DNA of 64,000 bases, from the IMG/VR virus record IMGVR_UViG_3300043446_003193, positions 62,001 to 126,000 of that record, one strand, 5' to 3'. The notes under the pieces were generated by a model, which searched no databases, had not been told where the DNA came from, and saw only the letters and a list, made by a program, of their open reading frames with translations. The translations under genes were made by a program, and so were the position numbers. Positions 19,263 through 28,510 of this stretch are shown here, piece after piece. Within the stretch, counting starts at the first letter, position 1, and each line of letters starts with the position of its first letter.

Positions 19263-20111
19263 TTAATTGTTAAATAAATCATCAAATGCTGATGCTACAT
19301 CATCCTTTGCTTTAGGAGTTTCATCTTCCCAAGGCAAATCGTTTGGTAAAGAACCAATACCTACACCAGGAATTTCTTTTGCTTCCGATGTTTTTGCAGG
19401 TTGTGCTTTTGGTTTTGGTGCTTCCAATTCCTCAACAATATCATCATCTACTCCAGATGGTGAAGATGGGTTTAACCAATTTTCTAAAATTGTTTTCAAT
19501 TCTGCGTAAGATAACTCCTGATATAATTCAGTAATTTCTTTTTGATTTTCTAATAAAGATTTAATCGTTGCAGGGTCTTCGTGCAATTTAGTTGTTGCAG
19601 GTTTAACTCTGATTGTTGTTGTAGGATAAGATGCGTTAGATTCTTCCGCTGAAGTTACTTCCAATACAATATCTCTACCTGTGATTGGGTCAGTAATATC
19701 ACCGTAATCAGGGTCTGCAATATAACCTAAGATATCTTGGTAAACTGTCTTACCAAATCCCCAAAACTTAACACCTTCGTTTTCTTTACCTCTTACGATA
19801 ACTGGTACGAAAGTTCTTAATTTTGGTTCCATTTTTTTACCTGCTTTCCAATCATCAGTATCACCTGTTCTCTTAAGTTTTTCTGCAAACTCAACGATAG
19901 GGTCAGGTCTACCAAATGACATTGGACTCAAATAAGTCTTGTTGTTAATGTTGTAGTGAAAATAAAGTTCAATAAAAGGAATGTCTTTGTTGAACTTGTA
20001 CGGAACGATTCTAACTTGTGATTTTCCGTTAGCCGGTTTGTAAATTGAATCCGACTTTTTAGTGTTGTTTTGTAAAGAGCTAAATCTCTTTAGTGCCAAT
20101 GAAATGTCCAT
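19263..20111 (-). CDS. gp32: Single-stranded DNA-binding protein (T4 gp32-like)
   Basis: VRIVPY...ELYFHY...DPI, KFWGFGKTVY, DITDP pattern; acidic C-terminus ending FDDLFNN. Confidence 0.8.
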   Translation of the reverse strand: MDISLALKRFSSLQNNTKKSDSIYKPANGKSQVRIVPYKFNKDIPFIELYFHYNINNKTYLSPMSFGRPDPIVEFAEKLKRTGDTDDWKAGKKMEPKLRTFVPVIVRGKENEGVKFWGFGKTVYQDILGYIADPDYGDITDPITGRDIVLEVTSAEESNASYPTTTIRVKPATTKLHEDPATIKSLLENQKEITELYQELSYAELKTILENWLNPSSPSGVDDDIVEELEAPKPKAQPAKTSEAKEIPGVGIGSLPNDLPWEDETPKAKDDVASAFDDLFNN

Positions 20112-20209
20112 TGTTTTGTTGTTTTAGGGTTTAAAAATTTGTTTTAAAGTTTAAGGTTTTATCGCGATTTCCTTATATCTAAATATAACCTTTTTTGCTT
20201 TTATTACTA

Positions 20210-20241
20210 TAAATATACGACTATTTTTTGGATTTTCCAAA
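20210..20241 (-). promoter_or_regulatory. Bacteroidota-type promoter TTTG-N20-TATATTTA
   Basis: Read from the sequence upstream of the SSB gene. Confidence 0.65.
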
Positions 20242-20242
20242 T

Positions 20243-20656
20243 TTATTTTGCCCATTTTCCCCTCTGTACTAATTGGGCAATTATACCATAAACTGATAGG
20301 TCTTGGTAGGTATCTTGGATAGATTCACCCACCTCATCTGGTTGTCCCAAAACTATCAATTGTTTCAATCTTTGGATTTTATCGTTAATTCTAAACCAAA
20401 GGCCTGTAAGTGATAATTTTATATCTTCTTTGGTTTGTAGTGAAGTTCCAACGGAGATATTTCCTGGTCCATAATTTCTTTGTTTTTTACAAAATGTTTC
20501 GTACATTTCGTCTTGAATTTTCTTAAATTCAATCATCATTTCGGGATATTCCCTTTCGCAAAATTCTACTGCTGATTCTTCTTTCATATAACTTGTTTTT
20601 ACTTTTCTTATATCCGATATCGGTGGTGGGTTCGGAATTCTTGGTGAATATAACAT
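20243..20656 (-). CDS. DUF1599 / nucleotide-modification-associated domain 1-like protein
   Basis: KKQRNYG...RINDKIQRL...DTYQDLSVYGII pattern; start uncertain (20656 or 20587). Confidence 0.65.
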   Translation of the reverse strand: MLYSPRIPNPPPISDIRKVKTSYMKEESAVEFCEREYPEMMIEFKKIQDEMYETFCKKQRNYGPGNISVGTSLQTKEDIKLSLTGLWFRINDKIQRLKQLIVLGQPDEVGESIQDTYQDLSVYGIIAQLVQRGKWAK

Positions 20657-20660
20657 AATT

Positions 20661-20963
20661 TTATTTTTTCCAAAATTGATACCATTTTTTCTTTTTAACT
20701 TCTGGCTTTGCAAAGGGTTGCGTATTATCCCAAATGTTTACCATTCCTCCATATCTAACCATCATCATTTGACAAAATAATTGATGATATTGTGGTGGGA
20801 TTTTTTCAAAGTCTGCTAGGATTTTTACATCTAATGTAACACCTTGACCATCTCCTGTCATTAACTTTAGATAATCGTGCATTTCTACGACAGTACTACT
20901 TTTTACTGACAAATGTGCCCCATCTCCAATATGAAATTCACCTTTTTGTTGTTTTGGTGCCAT
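20661..20963 (-). CDS. Hypothetical protein
   Basis: Packed ORF in the operon. Confidence 0.6.
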   Translation of the reverse strand: MAPKQQKGEFHIGDGAHLSVKSSTVVEMHDYLKLMTGDGQGVTLDVKILADFEKIPPQYHQLFCQMMMVRYGGMVNIWDNTQPFAKPEVKKKKWYQFWKK

Positions 20964-20965
20964 AA

Positions 20966-21226
20966 CTATTTTTTACTGTCCCAATACATTTGTCTAACTT
21001 TTGCTCCTAATTCGGCATCGTTAGGTGTATCTAAAATTGTTCTACTATTTACTGTGATTAGGTTTCTATCTTCACCTAAATAACATTCTCTACACAACTG
21101 TCCTGCTCCTTCTACATATCCATGTCGGAAATCAATGTGAGTTGTTTTTAATGTTGTTGTTTTCTTTCCACACATTATACAATCTTCGTAAATGTCTTCA
21201 AATGGTATTTCTAACTGTTTTGACAT
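20966..21226 (-). CDS. Zn-finger hypothetical protein
   Basis: CIMC...CREC Cys pairs. Confidence 0.6.
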   Translation of the reverse strand: MSKQLEIPFEDIYEDCIMCGKKTTTLKTTHIDFRHGYVEGAGQLCRECYLGEDRNLITVNSRTILDTPNDAELGAKVRQMYWDSKK

Positions 21227-21229
21227 AAT

Positions 21230-21544
21230 TTATACTTTTTGTTTATTTAATTTATCTTTAAGTTTCATTACTAATGCGCATGACTCATACTCCTCAAAAT
21301 CAATCAGCGTCTGTAAATTTTCATCTAAAAGGTCTTGAAACTCTCTACTATCAATTGAGAGTGTAATAACAATAATGTTTTTAATTAAGACTTTTGCAAA
21401 ATCAACCCTTTTCTTCTTATATCTAATACCATACTGAATCCCATCAACTATCGCTTTGGAAATCTGCCTTCTATGCATTTCAAAAATATCGGAAGGCTCA
21501 TCGGCATGTATTTCAATAGGAGCGTATTTTTTCATTTTTGTCAT
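21230..21544 (-). CDS. Hypothetical protein with UVR-like C-terminal helix
   Basis: FEEYESCALVMKLKDKL resembles the UVR motif. Confidence 0.55.
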   Translation of the reverse strand: MTKMKKYAPIEIHADEPSDIFEMHRRQISKAIVDGIQYGIRYKKKRVDFAKVLIKNIIVITLSIDSREFQDLLDENLQTLIDFEEYESCALVMKLKDKLNKQKV

Positions 21545-21548
21545 AAAT

Positions 21549-21580
21549 CAAATATAACAAAAATATTTTAATTCTCCAAA
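21549..21580 (-). promoter_or_regulatory. Consensus Bacteroidota promoter TTTG-N20-TATATTTG
   Basis: Exact TTTG / TAnnTTTG match; 4 nt from the ATG at 21544. Confidence 0.75.
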
Positions 21581-21975
21581 TTTTGTGTATTGAAACTTTT
21601 AAAAACTTTTGTAGATATTTTTTTGTATCCTACATTAGATGTAGTAAGAATACAATTTCTGAACTCTTCCCAATCAATCATATATGAATTATCAACCTGT
21701 CCACCTGTTTTTTCCTTAACTACTTCGTTAAGTGCATTAATAGTGTATATTGTATTTGATTGTTTTTTTCTATGTACTAAGATGGTTTTCCATTCGGAAG
21801 GTATTGCATTAGAACCTTTTTCAACATTAAATGTAATAAATGCTTCTTCAGGTCTCAACTTACTTTCTAAGATGAAAACATTTGGGTTAGTTAGTGTATA
21901 GTTACTTAATATAAAATCTACCGATTTATCTAACTCATCCTTTGTCGTAAATAGGCAAAGTAATTGTGTGTTCAT
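21568..21975 (-). CDS. Hypothetical protein
   Basis: 135 aa ORF, TAATG-coupled to the upstream gene. Confidence 0.65.
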   Translation of the reverse strand: MNTQLLCLFTTKDELDKSVDFILSNYTLTNPNVFILESKLRPEEAFITFNVEKGSNAIPSEWKTILVHRKKQSNTIYTINALNEVVKEKTGGQVDNSYMIDWEEFRNCILTTSNVGYKKISTKVFKSFNTQNLEN

Positions 21976-24059
21976 TATCTTTTATTTATTTTAGCATCTA
22001 TTTCTCTACATGCATCTTCAAAATCTTTAGTTGGTTTACATTGTAGTCCTACTACACCATTATATCCAACTCCCTTCTCTCTCATTTCTATACTTGCTAA
22101 TTTAATAGGTTTTTCTGGTTTTTTACCTTTTGCAGAATACACAATTGATGCTACTCCGTTTACAACTTTGATTGATAAAAATTCTTTAATACTATTCCAA
22201 TCATCTGTTCCAAACATTTCTTGCATATGAGCTTGTGTAATATACATACTATCTATCTGCATTGTTTCTACACCTTCAACCATAGTTTTCATAGGAATTG
22301 CTTCTTGTAATTTTCTCAATAACATTCCCTGAAATTCTTTATCAGTTGCCATTTTTTCAGCAGATTCTTTCATAAAATCATAAGTAATCTGTCTGTGTGA
22401 ATCAATCCATTTTCTATCACCACTATATTCTGCTAATACTTTATTGTAAACCAAAACTGCTTTCTTAAATTCTTTTTCACTCATTGTTCCTAAGAATTTT
22501 CTAAACTCATCTACATCTAATGTCTTGGTTTTACTCAAATACTTAGCAACTTTTCTTACCAATTGTTCATCATTTTTATCAATAAACAACGGGTCGTTTT
22601 GACCTTTTTCCCTACAAGCTTTAATTGCTCTACCTAAATCTGAAGATGGGATTTCTCTGGTTTGTAAAAATCCTTTTTCTGCAGATGCCATTTGTTTTTC
22701 TTGTAATTCTGTATTTTTAACAGGTGCTTTTGAAAGAGCTTGTTCTGATAATTGTCTTAATTCTGCATCTTCTGCTTTACCAAAACGAGGGTCTTTAGCA
22801 TCCTTCATATTTTTTAATTCATTAGCTCTCTTTTCTTTTTGAGCACCTAATGTGTAGAACCAGTTTTCAGCATCACCTAAACCGGCATTTAATAAATAAA
22901 TTTGCCAATCCTTCTTACAACTGATTTCAATATTTTGAATTTGTCCTTTTATCTTAACCTGTGCGTTGATATCTGTTGAATCTCCTTTATCATCATAGTT
23001 TGCACCCAATGCTTCTTGTTGTGCTCTAACATCCCAAGTCATACCGGTAACTTCCCAATTTCCTTTACCATATTGTCTATCCATATTTTTGATAAACGCA
23101 TCGTGAGCACCCGCCATTTGTTTAATCCAACTTCTATCTAAAATTGGAACTCCACCTGCCGCTTCAATTGCATCTGCATTTGCTTCCAATGATTTTATAA
23201 ATTCTGCTCTTGCTGCCATTCCAGCTTGAGTTGGTGGGAACGAATATACCGCCTGCATTGCCAATTCGTTAGCTTGAGCAGATACTTGTCCTGCACCATA
23301 TTGGTCAGTAATCATTCCGATTGGTGGTTCAAATGTACCTTGTTTAGACATTTTAAGTAATGAACGAAGGGCATCATATCCAGCCGGTGGTAATTTACTT
23401 TGTAAAAATTTAGCCAATGCAGGAGGATAATCATATTTACTAACTACTTGACCAGGATATGCTTTCTTAAATGCCGCTATTGCCTTTTCTGTTGAAATTC
23501 CAGAAGGAGGTAAAAATTTATTTCTATTAGCCGCTTTCTTTTGGTCTAGAGTTTTTGAACCTTTAGTTCCGTATTTTTGTTTTGGAGCCACTACAACTGC
23601 ACCCTTTTCTACATCTACATTTTTAGGTGTTGTATCTTTTGTTTTTTTCTCTTTTGCCTTTTCAGCATCTGTTGTTGTAATATTTGCTTTAGGTGCTGTT
23701 TGTTGTTTTCCTACTTTTGGAGCAGGTTTTCCTGCAGCAGGTTTTTCTTTTGGTAATTGACCACCATTTGCCTTTTTAGCTTTACTAATTTCAGCAGATG
23801 TTGGTATATCGTGGATTGCAGGGTCCATTTTAGAAACCACATAGATGTTTCCTGATTTTTTGTTCTTAACTACATCCTCTTCGTTTAAATACGAAAAATA
23901 TACTCTTGCTTTCTGTGCCATTTCGTTAGCATCTGAAACCCCATTTTCTTTTAGGATTTGAGCAAGTTTTGTAACCTGTTCCTCTTTTGTCAAGTCTATA
24001 ATACCACTTTCTACTCTGTATTCTAACTCTTTAAGGATTTCTTGAAAATTTATTGACAT
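21975..24059 (-). CDS. Large hypothetical protein, possible restriction-endonuclease-fold domain
   Basis: 694 aa; Lys/Pro/Ala-rich linker; DSTDI-x12-EISCK motif; preceded by the late-type motif. Confidence 0.55.
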   Translation of the reverse strand: MSINFQEILKELEYRVESGIIDLTKEEQVTKLAQILKENGVSDANEMAQKARVYFSYLNEEDVVKNKKSGNIYVVSKMDPAIHDIPTSAEISKAKKANGGQLPKEKPAAGKPAPKVGKQQTAPKANITTTDAEKAKEKKTKDTTPKNVDVEKGAVVVAPKQKYGTKGSKTLDQKKAANRNKFLPPSGISTEKAIAAFKKAYPGQVVSKYDYPPALAKFLQSKLPPAGYDALRSLLKMSKQGTFEPPIGMITDQYGAGQVSAQANELAMQAVYSFPPTQAGMAARAEFIKSLEANADAIEAAGGVPILDRSWIKQMAGAHDAFIKNMDRQYGKGNWEVTGMTWDVRAQQEALGANYDDKGDSTDINAQVKIKGQIQNIEISCKKDWQIYLLNAGLGDAENWFYTLGAQKEKRANELKNMKDAKDPRFGKAEDAELRQLSEQALSKAPVKNTELQEKQMASAEKGFLQTREIPSSDLGRAIKACREKGQNDPLFIDKNDEQLVRKVAKYLSKTKTLDVDEFRKFLGTMSEKEFKKAVLVYNKVLAEYSGDRKWIDSHRQITYDFMKESAEKMATDKEFQGMLLRKLQEAIPMKTMVEGVETMQIDSMYITQAHMQEMFGTDDWNSIKEFLSIKVVNGVASIVYSAKGKKPEKPIKLASIEMREKGVGYNGVVGLQCKPTKDFEDACREIDAKINKR

Positions 24060-24107
24060 ATCTATTCTATTATCTTAAGTATAATTATATGATATAAATA
24101 TAATTTT

Positions 24108-25376
24108 TTAGTCTATTACCACTAAATCGTTGTAATTCTTTCCTTCGTAACTTCGGACCGGAAACCCACCCCTTTCCATTATCTCCTTAACCCCATTCAA
24201 TACCTCTTCTCTTTCAATCGGATGTGTATCTATAAGAAACGCATCATATGTGTATAGAATGAACTTGCTCATCTTACCTTCTAAGAAATCTAATACCTCT
24301 CTAATTTTCATATAATTCACTTCAGTCTCTAAGGCCTGTAACAGGTAACTAAACACCTTTTGTTCGGTTGCGGCTTCAATCCTACTAAAATGTATTTCTC
24401 TTTTATATAAGAGTGTCGTTAGTTTTCCAGAAATGATGAACTTTTGGTGTACTTCTCTTATCCACTCATCTACCTTTTGAAAAAACGGAATCCCTCTCGC
24501 CTTATCATCTAATCCCCCATAAAGATAACGGAAGGTTAATAACTTCGCTTCCTCATACCCAACCCCATAAAGGTCGGCAAGGTGTTGGTGAGCGGTAACC
24601 CCTTTAGGAAATTCGTATCCAACTATTTTCGCAATTAGGCGGATGTGATACGATTCGTAATCAAATTGTATTAGGGTTCCGTTGTGGTGACGGGATATAA
24701 TGGATTCTCTCGTTCCATCTCCTTTATTAAGGGCAGACCAGTTTACGTTTAGATGACGATTGGATGGACGACCGGTGATTGTGTATGGATTGTATTGTGT
24801 GTAAACGATACCACCTCTTTTGATATAAGCGGGATTGAAAGCAAAACTATCAATAAATTTTTCCTCTACGACCTTTACCCCAGCCCCTTCCAGCCTTCCC
24901 AATGTTTGTATTGCTTTGGAATATTTTAAATTCGGTTCTGTTCTTAGGGTTGGTAATGGAATTGTTTTTAGAACTTCGTACCACTTCATTAATGGTATAC
25001 AATCATTGAGTTCTTTATAATCATTTCTATACCCCTTATAAACTGATCCTACGAACTCGCTGAATATAAATGGTTTCCCATACTCTTCAAAGTATAACCA
25101 TTCAAAATCATATCCTAATCCACCAAGATACCTACTATCTAAAACGACAGTATCTTCGTTGATAAATTCCGATACATTAATCATTGGTAGTTTACCAGCA
25201 TCTATATGATGAAAATTAATAATACCGTCTTCCGATTTTGTTCTATAATAAAGAAACGACATAACTGTTCCTAATGGATGTGCTCTATGAGAACTCCAAA
25301 CGGGTATCAATAATTCTACTTTTGGTTTTGTAGATATTAGTTGTTTTAGTGTAGATTTTGTTTCAATTAAGTTCAT
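24108..25376 (-). CDS. Degenerate family A DNA polymerase (polymerase domain only)
   Basis: TITGRPS, motif A FDYESYHIRL, motif B AKLLTFRYLYGG, motif C YTYDAF. Confidence 0.75.
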   Translation of the reverse strand: MNLIETKSTLKQLISTKPKVELLIPVWSSHRAHPLGTVMSFLYYRTKSEDGIINFHHIDAGKLPMINVSEFINEDTVVLDSRYLGGLGYDFEWLYFEEYGKPFIFSEFVGSVYKGYRNDYKELNDCIPLMKWYEVLKTIPLPTLRTEPNLKYSKAIQTLGRLEGAGVKVVEEKFIDSFAFNPAYIKRGGIVYTQYNPYTITGRPSNRHLNVNWSALNKGDGTRESIISRHHNGTLIQFDYESYHIRLIAKIVGYEFPKGVTAHQHLADLYGVGYEEAKLLTFRYLYGGLDDKARGIPFFQKVDEWIREVHQKFIISGKLTTLLYKREIHFSRIEAATEQKVFSYLLQALETEVNYMKIREVLDFLEGKMSKFILYTYDAFLIDTHPIEREEVLNGVKEIMERGGFPVRSYEGKNYNDLVVID

Positions 25377-25382
25377 ACGAAC

Positions 25383-25413
25383 TCAATATACGAAAAATAT
25401 TTGTATTTACAAA
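25383..25413 (-). promoter_or_regulatory. Bacteroidota-type promoter TTTG-N19-TATATTGA
   Basis: Read from the sequence; 6 nt from the ATG of the PolA-like gene. Confidence 0.6.
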
Positions 25414-25414
25414 G

Positions 25415-25789
25415 TTATTTATGAAATTGTAATAGGTTAGGTAAATACAAACCTATGTTTTTTATTTTTGCAGCTGCAATAGAAATTGTTGCTTTGTTTG
25501 AGTTTCTAACACCCATATCATCAATACCACCTTCCACTTTATAAGTAGTATCAATTGGTCCAGATATTCTCCAATACATTTTTATAGCTAACCAAAATGG
25601 GTTTTCTAAATGTTGTGCATATACATTCTGGTCTACTTCGTACACATGTCCGTTTGAATCATTTGCTTTTTGAACAAAATATCTTTGAATGAATCCATTT
25701 GAATAATCATACTTTGTTGGAATTGGTACAATTGTTTTTGGGAATTGTATAGTAAATTGTTCTATATTTTGTGCTACATCTTTATACAT
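25415..25789 (-). CDS. Hypothetical protein (baseplate-adjacent)
   Basis: 124 aa ORF at the end of the structural operon. Confidence 0.6.
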   Translation of the reverse strand: MYKDVAQNIEQFTIQFPKTIVPIPTKYDYSNGFIQRYFVQKANDSNGHVYEVDQNVYAQHLENPFWLAIKMYWRISGPIDTTYKVEGGIDDMGVRNSNKATISIAAAKIKNIGLYLPNLLQFHK

Positions 25790-25799
25790 ACAATTTATT

Positions 25800-28211
25800 T
25801 TATGATATGATTAACCACATCGCTTCTATTTGTGTTGTCCAACCTTGAACATCAATTTGATGGGTAACATTTGTTATTTGAAATACTCCGTTTTGATTAT
25901 ATATTTCAGGTACACCATTTGCTCTAAAATATTCACCGGTACTTAATCCTGATATTCCGTTTATTGTTAAGTTTATAGTTGTATTTGTTAATGTTTTATT
26001 CTCTTTTTCAGGAGATATTTTTAATTCTTTTAAAACATTATTTTTATCATTTAAAATAAGTATTTCTATTTTACCACTACCACCTGTTTCTTTTGGTATT
26101 TTGAATTTTATAACTTTTGAATCAATTATAGAACTTGCAGAAGGTTGTTTTTCTGTTACCTTTTTATCTTTTTTTGCTTCTTTTTTTGCTTCAGCATCAT
26201 CAAATGGTTTTTTATTTTCTGCCTGCTTTAATTCTTCATCTACATATCTTTTTACAATAAATAATTCAACACCATCTACTGAATAATATCCATCTGCATT
26301 GTGGTATCTATTTGCTTTTGCATCATCTGTATCTAAAATTGGAATTGAGTATGCTGTTCCAACTTTTAAATCTTTATCTTTTAATTTTAATTGTTTTAAT
26401 GCATCTTCAACTGCAGTAGCGGTTTGGAATACAGTTTGGCCTGCAACAAGATTTCCTAAATCCATTTGTATTGTACATTCCTTTACAATACTATTGATAC
26501 CATTTGTTTTAAATCTATATACATCATTTGATTTTATCTTATTATTATCTTGATCAGTAAGTTCATAAAACTTTCTATCAATTATAGTCATAGGGCCGCC
26601 ACCACTATCACCATGTATAGGTGCAACAACTAAACTAAATACCCCATATGAATTGTTATTTATCAAAGCCAAAATTGCATTTATAAAATCCGCTTTTGTT
26701 TGTGATTTTTGCCACGTCTCTACAACTTGTTCATAATTAACAAATATATTTAAAGCATTTCCTATATTTTTAGTTGATCCATATTTTTTAAAATCAGATT
26801 CTACTTTTTTAGTTTTAGGATTATATGCCATAGTTGGTATTTCAACATCTCCAGATATTTTAAAATCTAATCCATTTATTCTACAATCTCTAACATTTTT
26901 TTCATCTAATTGTAATTCATCTCTTTTATCTTTATCTGATCCAATTAGTATAGTTGGTAATTTACCTGGAAATAAAATGTCCTGACTTGATGCTATTAAT
27001 TTATTTTTGTAGTTACAAGGTATTCCTTTTACGGTTTTACCCGCTACTTTTATATCCTGTCCTTCTAATATGTAACCTTTTCCAAATATTCCACTATTCT
27101 TAGCACTATGGTTAACAAGGTGCTCAACAATAAAATCAAGTGTAACATATCTTAATTCACTAACATTTGAATCCTTAGCTAAATCTTGTGGTTTTATAAA
27201 ATTAAATGTATGTACTTTTAAATAATCAGATGATATATTTAATTTTGGAATATTTAAATCAATTCTAAGTTGTCTTAAAATAATTTCTTCTTTTGATAAT
27301 ACTCTATCTCCTTCTTTTGCCGTTATTTTAGATACATCGGAAGTAATTGAAGATGGAATCGCCATTGATACAGTATTACCTGCTGATAACTCCAACATAA
27401 CATTATAAGTTCCATTATCTCCCATTTCTATTGTAAAGGTTGTAACCTTACCCGCAAACACATCATAGTTACCTCGTGTATCTATTAGTTTATTATGATA
27501 TACGGCTTGTTCATCTAAATTTAATGAAAAATATTTTGGAAATTCTGTTTGAGCATACTTTTTATAATCATTCTTTGGAACTAATACATTTTCAATTGTA
27601 GGTAAATCTATTGGTTCAATTATTGGACCGAATATGGTATCTTTACCATTTAATCCTCTAGCTTTTTTGTATTCTTTTAATAAACTTTCCTTTAAAGTAA
27701 AGTTATTTCCAAATTCCAATAAAATATTATAGCCAGGTCTACAAAAAAACAATTCAAACATTTCCAATTGTTTTAATGTAAAAAGTGTTAAATTGATTTG
27801 AGCAGTTTTTAATGCGTTATTATCTCCATCAGTATTTATTGAAATAGAACTTATAATAGGACTAGGTCTTCTTGCTCCAGACTCACCATCTAAATCAACT
27901 GTTATAGGTTTTCCATCCAAATCAACTCCAATGTTTGTACCAGTAAACCATTGACCTGTTGGATTGGTATTCATTGCATATATTACATCCGGAGTTATAC
28001 TACTTTGAATTATACAACCATGATAAGTTGTTGTTCCAGATGGATTATCACCTGTTACTGCTGATTCGTATGTTTTTGTTTTTGAAACTGTCGCAGATGA
28101 TGTTAATATAGCAAAAGGAACTTTAAGAGCTTCCATTTCTGGTATCTGCTCTCTTTTTTTAAATTCTTCTACTATCCATTCTTTGATTGGTTGTAAATAC
28201 GGAAACCCCAT
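25800..28211 (-). CDS. Putative baseplate hub / tail-associated protein
   Basis: 803 aa; C-terminal GVFQITNVTHQI...WTTQIEA typical of gp27/gpD-like hubs; position downstream of the tape measure. Confidence 0.55.
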   Translation of the reverse strand: MGFPYLQPIKEWIVEEFKKREQIPEMEALKVPFAILTSSATVSKTKTYESAVTGDNPSGTTTYHGCIIQSSITPDVIYAMNTNPTGQWFTGTNIGVDLDGKPITVDLDGESGARRPSPIISSISINTDGDNNALKTAQINLTLFTLKQLEMFELFFCRPGYNILLEFGNNFTLKESLLKEYKKARGLNGKDTIFGPIIEPIDLPTIENVLVPKNDYKKYAQTEFPKYFSLNLDEQAVYHNKLIDTRGNYDVFAGKVTTFTIEMGDNGTYNVMLELSAGNTVSMAIPSSITSDVSKITAKEGDRVLSKEEIILRQLRIDLNIPKLNISSDYLKVHTFNFIKPQDLAKDSNVSELRYVTLDFIVEHLVNHSAKNSGIFGKGYILEGQDIKVAGKTVKGIPCNYKNKLIASSQDILFPGKLPTILIGSDKDKRDELQLDEKNVRDCRINGLDFKISGDVEIPTMAYNPKTKKVESDFKKYGSTKNIGNALNIFVNYEQVVETWQKSQTKADFINAILALINNNSYGVFSLVVAPIHGDSGGGPMTIIDRKFYELTDQDNNKIKSNDVYRFKTNGINSIVKECTIQMDLGNLVAGQTVFQTATAVEDALKQLKLKDKDLKVGTAYSIPILDTDDAKANRYHNADGYYSVDGVELFIVKRYVDEELKQAENKKPFDDAEAKKEAKKDKKVTEKQPSASSIIDSKVIKFKIPKETGGSGKIEILILNDKNNVLKELKISPEKENKTLTNTTINLTINGISGLSTGEYFRANGVPEIYNQNGVFQITNVTHQIDVQGWTTQIEAMWLIIS

Positions 28212-28504
28212 TATTTATTTATTTTTTGTAAATCAGAAAGTATTTCATTTATGTTTGAAGGTATTCTTAATTGTATTCCTTCTTCTACAAAAAAGTTAGC
28301 ATCATTTAAATTATTAGCAGTTGCAATAACCCACCACATAGCGGGATTATTATAATACTTATTTGCTAATAGATCCAATCTATCACCTGCTTCCGAAATA
28401 ATATATAAATCATTATTATTTGGTTTTATTTTAGGATAAATTGTACTTGCTAAATAATTTTTACCCACATCGGATTTTAATATTTCAGAATTTTTATACC
28501 TCAT
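28211..28504 (-). CDS. LysM-like baseplate protein (gp53/gpX-like)
   Basis: GDRLDLLANKYYNNPAMWWVIATANNL. Confidence 0.75.
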   Translation of the reverse strand: MRYKNSEILKSDVGKNYLASTIYPKIKPNNNDLYIISEAGDRLDLLANKYYNNPAMWWVIATANNLNDANFFVEEGIQLRIPSNINEILSDLQKINK

Positions 28505-28510
28505 TTTTTA

